Origin: Candidatus Liptonbacteria bacterium
GTDB taxonomy: Bacteria; Patescibacteriota; Minisyncoccia; UBA6257; 2-01-FULL-56-20
Assembly: GCA_016186635.1 (NCBI GenBank)
Contig: JACPLI010000021.1
Location: 1-59,639, forward strand
Direction of reading: 5' to 3'
Length of the DNA: 59,639 nt
The number at the start of each line of letters is the position of its first letter. The first letter of the stretch is position 1. Below are positions 57,781 through 59,639 of the stretch, piece after piece. Under the pieces are notes generated by a model. The model saw only the letters and a list, made by a program, of their open reading frames with translations. It did not search any database and had not been told where the DNA came from. Position numbers and translations under genes: made by a program.

Positions 57781-59639
57781 ATGAGACATAACTCCGTGGC
57801 AACTTTTTTGACGGCAACGGGCAGGTTTGGTGCAGGGACACGGGATTTTTTGTGCCCGCGCATCAATGTGGGGAAGTCGGACTTCCTTAAGGAAGTCCGA
57901 CTTCCCCACATTGGAATCTTGTTTGCCCTGCTCATTGCTCTTGGTTTTTTGCTTTTTGCCGCCGCTCCGCGGCAGGCGCACGCCCAGTACCAAGGTCCCC
58001 CCACGGGGTGCACGCCAGGGACCTGCTCGGGCAACTTGGGATTCGGCGCGGGCGGGCGGTTTGCGGTGGGAACCTCCACTCCCTTCAGCGATGCGCGGTT
58101 TGTGATTGTCACCTCTTCTTCTTTGTGGACGAGCTCCTCCACTCCCCAAAGCGAGTTTGCACTCAAAGTGGTGAACTACCCCTGTCCGAACGGTCAGCAG
58201 TACTGCCCGCCTATTTTTGCCATCCGGAACGACGGCTCGGTTGTAATCGGCGGCGGTCAGGGAGGGGGAGGTTCGTCGTACTACAACCCGCCAAACTCAA
58301 GCTACTACCAAGGGCTCACCGTCTGGGGGCCGACGTTCGTGAATGGGCCGCTCTCCGCGGGGGATTTTGTGAGCACGGTGAACGCGCAGAAAATCAGCCC
58401 GAATGTGTTTAACAACGGCACGTCGGGGAATTATGCCTTTCCCCCGGGGAAGCTCGGCGTGAACACCTCGACGAACGTGAGCATCCCGCAGGAGCTCTCG
58501 GTCTACGGTGGCGGGTACTTCAGCGGCAACGTCGGCATCGGGACGACGGCGCCGCAAAACAAACTGGTGGTGCAAGGCGCCGCCAACACCGCGCCGTTTG
58601 TCATTGACCAGCCCGACGCCAATACGACAAGCTCTGTGGAAATTCGGCTGTATGGAGACGCGCATACGGCGGCAAACAGATATGCGGCAATTCGTGAGGT
58701 AAATAATGGGGGCGCTAACGTCAACGAGCTTGCTTTTTTGACCGCCAATCAGGGTACACCTACGGAAAAAGTTAGAATAGATTATCTCGGCAGAGTCGGC
58801 ATCGGGACGACGGCACCGGATTCTAAATTGCACGTGGTGACGAGTAACGCGAGCGGAGCCCCTTACGGGAGTTCATGGACAGACAGGTTCTTAGTGGTTG
58901 GTGCGGCGGGCATCGGAGGTGGAATTGGTATTGGTTGGGATTCCACTTTGCCCGCAGGAATCATCCAATCCGCGATTCCAAATACCGGATACAGAAATCT
59001 CGCGCTGAATCCAAACGGCGGCTCTGTTGGCATCGGCACCACCCAGCCGTCGTCCACGCTCCACGTGATTGGGAACGTGCAGACATCGGGTAACTTCATC
59101 GGCGGGCTTTCGGGCACGGTCTCCGCGCAGAACGTTACGCCGAACGTCTTCAACAACGGCACGGCGGGAAACTATAGTTTCCCAAGCTCGGTGGGCATCG
59201 CGACCTCGACGAACGTGAGCATCCCGCAGGAGCTCTCCGTGTACGGGGACCAGTACGTGAGCGGCAACGTCGGCATCGGGACGACGAGTCCGACCGAAAA
59301 ATTAGTGGTGGGGACCGATTTGGGCGATGTCGCAAGCGACGTTGGGCTTGTGGTAGGCGGCACGACGTATGCGCAGACCGTGCTGGGAAATGCCGGCAAC
59401 AACCGCGCCATTCTTACCTGGCTAGCCAGCGCGCCCTATTTCAGCATTGGCACGATCCAAGGCGGCACGAATTACTTCGATACCTTGACAGTGAAAAGCG
59501 GCAACGTCGGCATCGGGACGAGCACGCCGCAGGAAATTTTGGATGTGAATGACGCGATTGTCTCTCGCGGGGCGCGCGGGACGGGAATCAATAACTATAG
59601 TAGCCAGACTGTAGCACTAATGAATACTGATGATGGTAC
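57781..59639 (+). CDS. large secreted surface protein, partial (runs off the window)
   Basis: Frame 1 is open from the ATG at 57781 to the window end (hand-translated). Signal-like ILFALLIALGFLLFAAAPRQAHA. SGNVGIGTT.P..KLVV motif recurs at least 5 times. Confidence 0.7.
   Translation, partial: MRHNSVATFLTATGRFGAGTRDFLCPRINVGKSDFLKEVRLPHIGILFALLIALGFLLFAAAPRQAHAQYQGPPTGCTPGTCSGNLGFGAGGRFAVGTSTPFSDARFVIVTSSSLWTSSSTPQSEFALKVVNYPCPNGQQYCPPIFAIRNDGSVVIGGGQGGGGSSYYNPPNSSYYQGLTVWGPTFVNGPLSAGDFVSTVNAQKISPNVFNNGTSGNYAFPPGKLGVNTSTNVSIPQELSVYGGGYFSGNVGIGTTAPQNKLVVQGAANTAPFVIDQPDANTTSSVEIRLYGDAHTAANRYAAIREVNNGGANVNELAFLTANQGTPTEKVRIDYLGRVGIGTTAPDSKLHVVTSNASGAPYGSSWTDRFLVVGAAGIGGGIGIGWDSTLPAGIIQSAIPNTGYRNLALNPNGGSVGIGTTQPSSTLHVIGNVQTSGNFIGGLSGTVSAQNVTPNVFNNGTAGNYSFPSSVGIATSTNVSIPQELSVYGDQYVSGNVGIGTTSPTEKLVVGTDLGDVASDVGLVVGGTTYAQTVLGNAGNNRAILTWLASAPYFSIGTIQGGTNYFDTLTVKSGNVGIGTSTPQEILDVNDAIVSRGARGTGINNYSSQTVALMNTDDG
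57867..57910. repeat. perfect 44-nt palindrome of the gaagtccgacttc family
   Basis: tgtggggaagtcggacttcc-ttaa-ggaagtccgacttccccaca. Lies in the 5' region of the surface-protein ORF (VGKSDFLKEVRLPH). Confidence 0.9.

Overview
GC-rich bacterial chromosome segment (roughly 60% GC or more by eye) with short AT-rich spacers. The gene content suggests an uncultivated Patescibacteria/CPR (Parcubacteria-like) genome; this is an inference. Supporting content: DUF4012, GT39 and GT2 envelope enzymes, a PEGA protein, a pilin-like protein, large repeat-rich surface proteins, and shortened RpoA, AtpC and AlaRS. Housekeeping genes include serS, alr, lepA, two tandem pcm copies, dnaG, rpoD, lexA, alaS and the infA-rpmJ-rpsM-rpsK-rpsD-rpoA-rplQ-rplM-rpsI block. 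Also present are rpmB, an Hsp20, prsW, valS, tsaD, a complete atpBEFHAGDC operon and tRNA-Gly(CCC), tRNA-Pro(GGG) and tRNA-Glu(UUC). No rRNA genes or CRISPR arrays were seen. Main findings: (1) Many families of short palindromic or heptamer repeats fill almost every spacer, and the same families also sit in frame inside essential genes (serS, lepA, valS, tsaD, atpA, atpD, atpG, dnaG, alr and the glycosyltransferases). This resembles Rickettsia palindromic elements. (2) valS carries a ~212-aa histidine-phosphatase domain inserted between its two Cys pairs. (3) A low-GC island (21.4-23.6 kb) fused to the 3' end of lexA encodes a NucS-like PD-(D/E)xK-wHTH protein, an HNH endonuclease interrupted by one in-frame TGA, and two small proteins. 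This is a candidate SOS-linked nuclease or defence module. (4) A TrpR/YerC-like regulator sits beside nucleoside-salvage genes, with three copies of a 26-bp trp-operator-like palindrome. (5) A PaaX/Cas2-like wHTH gene is bracketed by perfect 40-nt and 46-nt palindromes. (6) Two pairs of >100-nt inverted repeats each bracket a 6-7 kb gene block. (7) The tRNA-Gly 3' end and the lepA 5' end are each duplicated across small inserts. All coordinates were hand-counted and product calls rest on remembered motifs; nothing was searched against a database.
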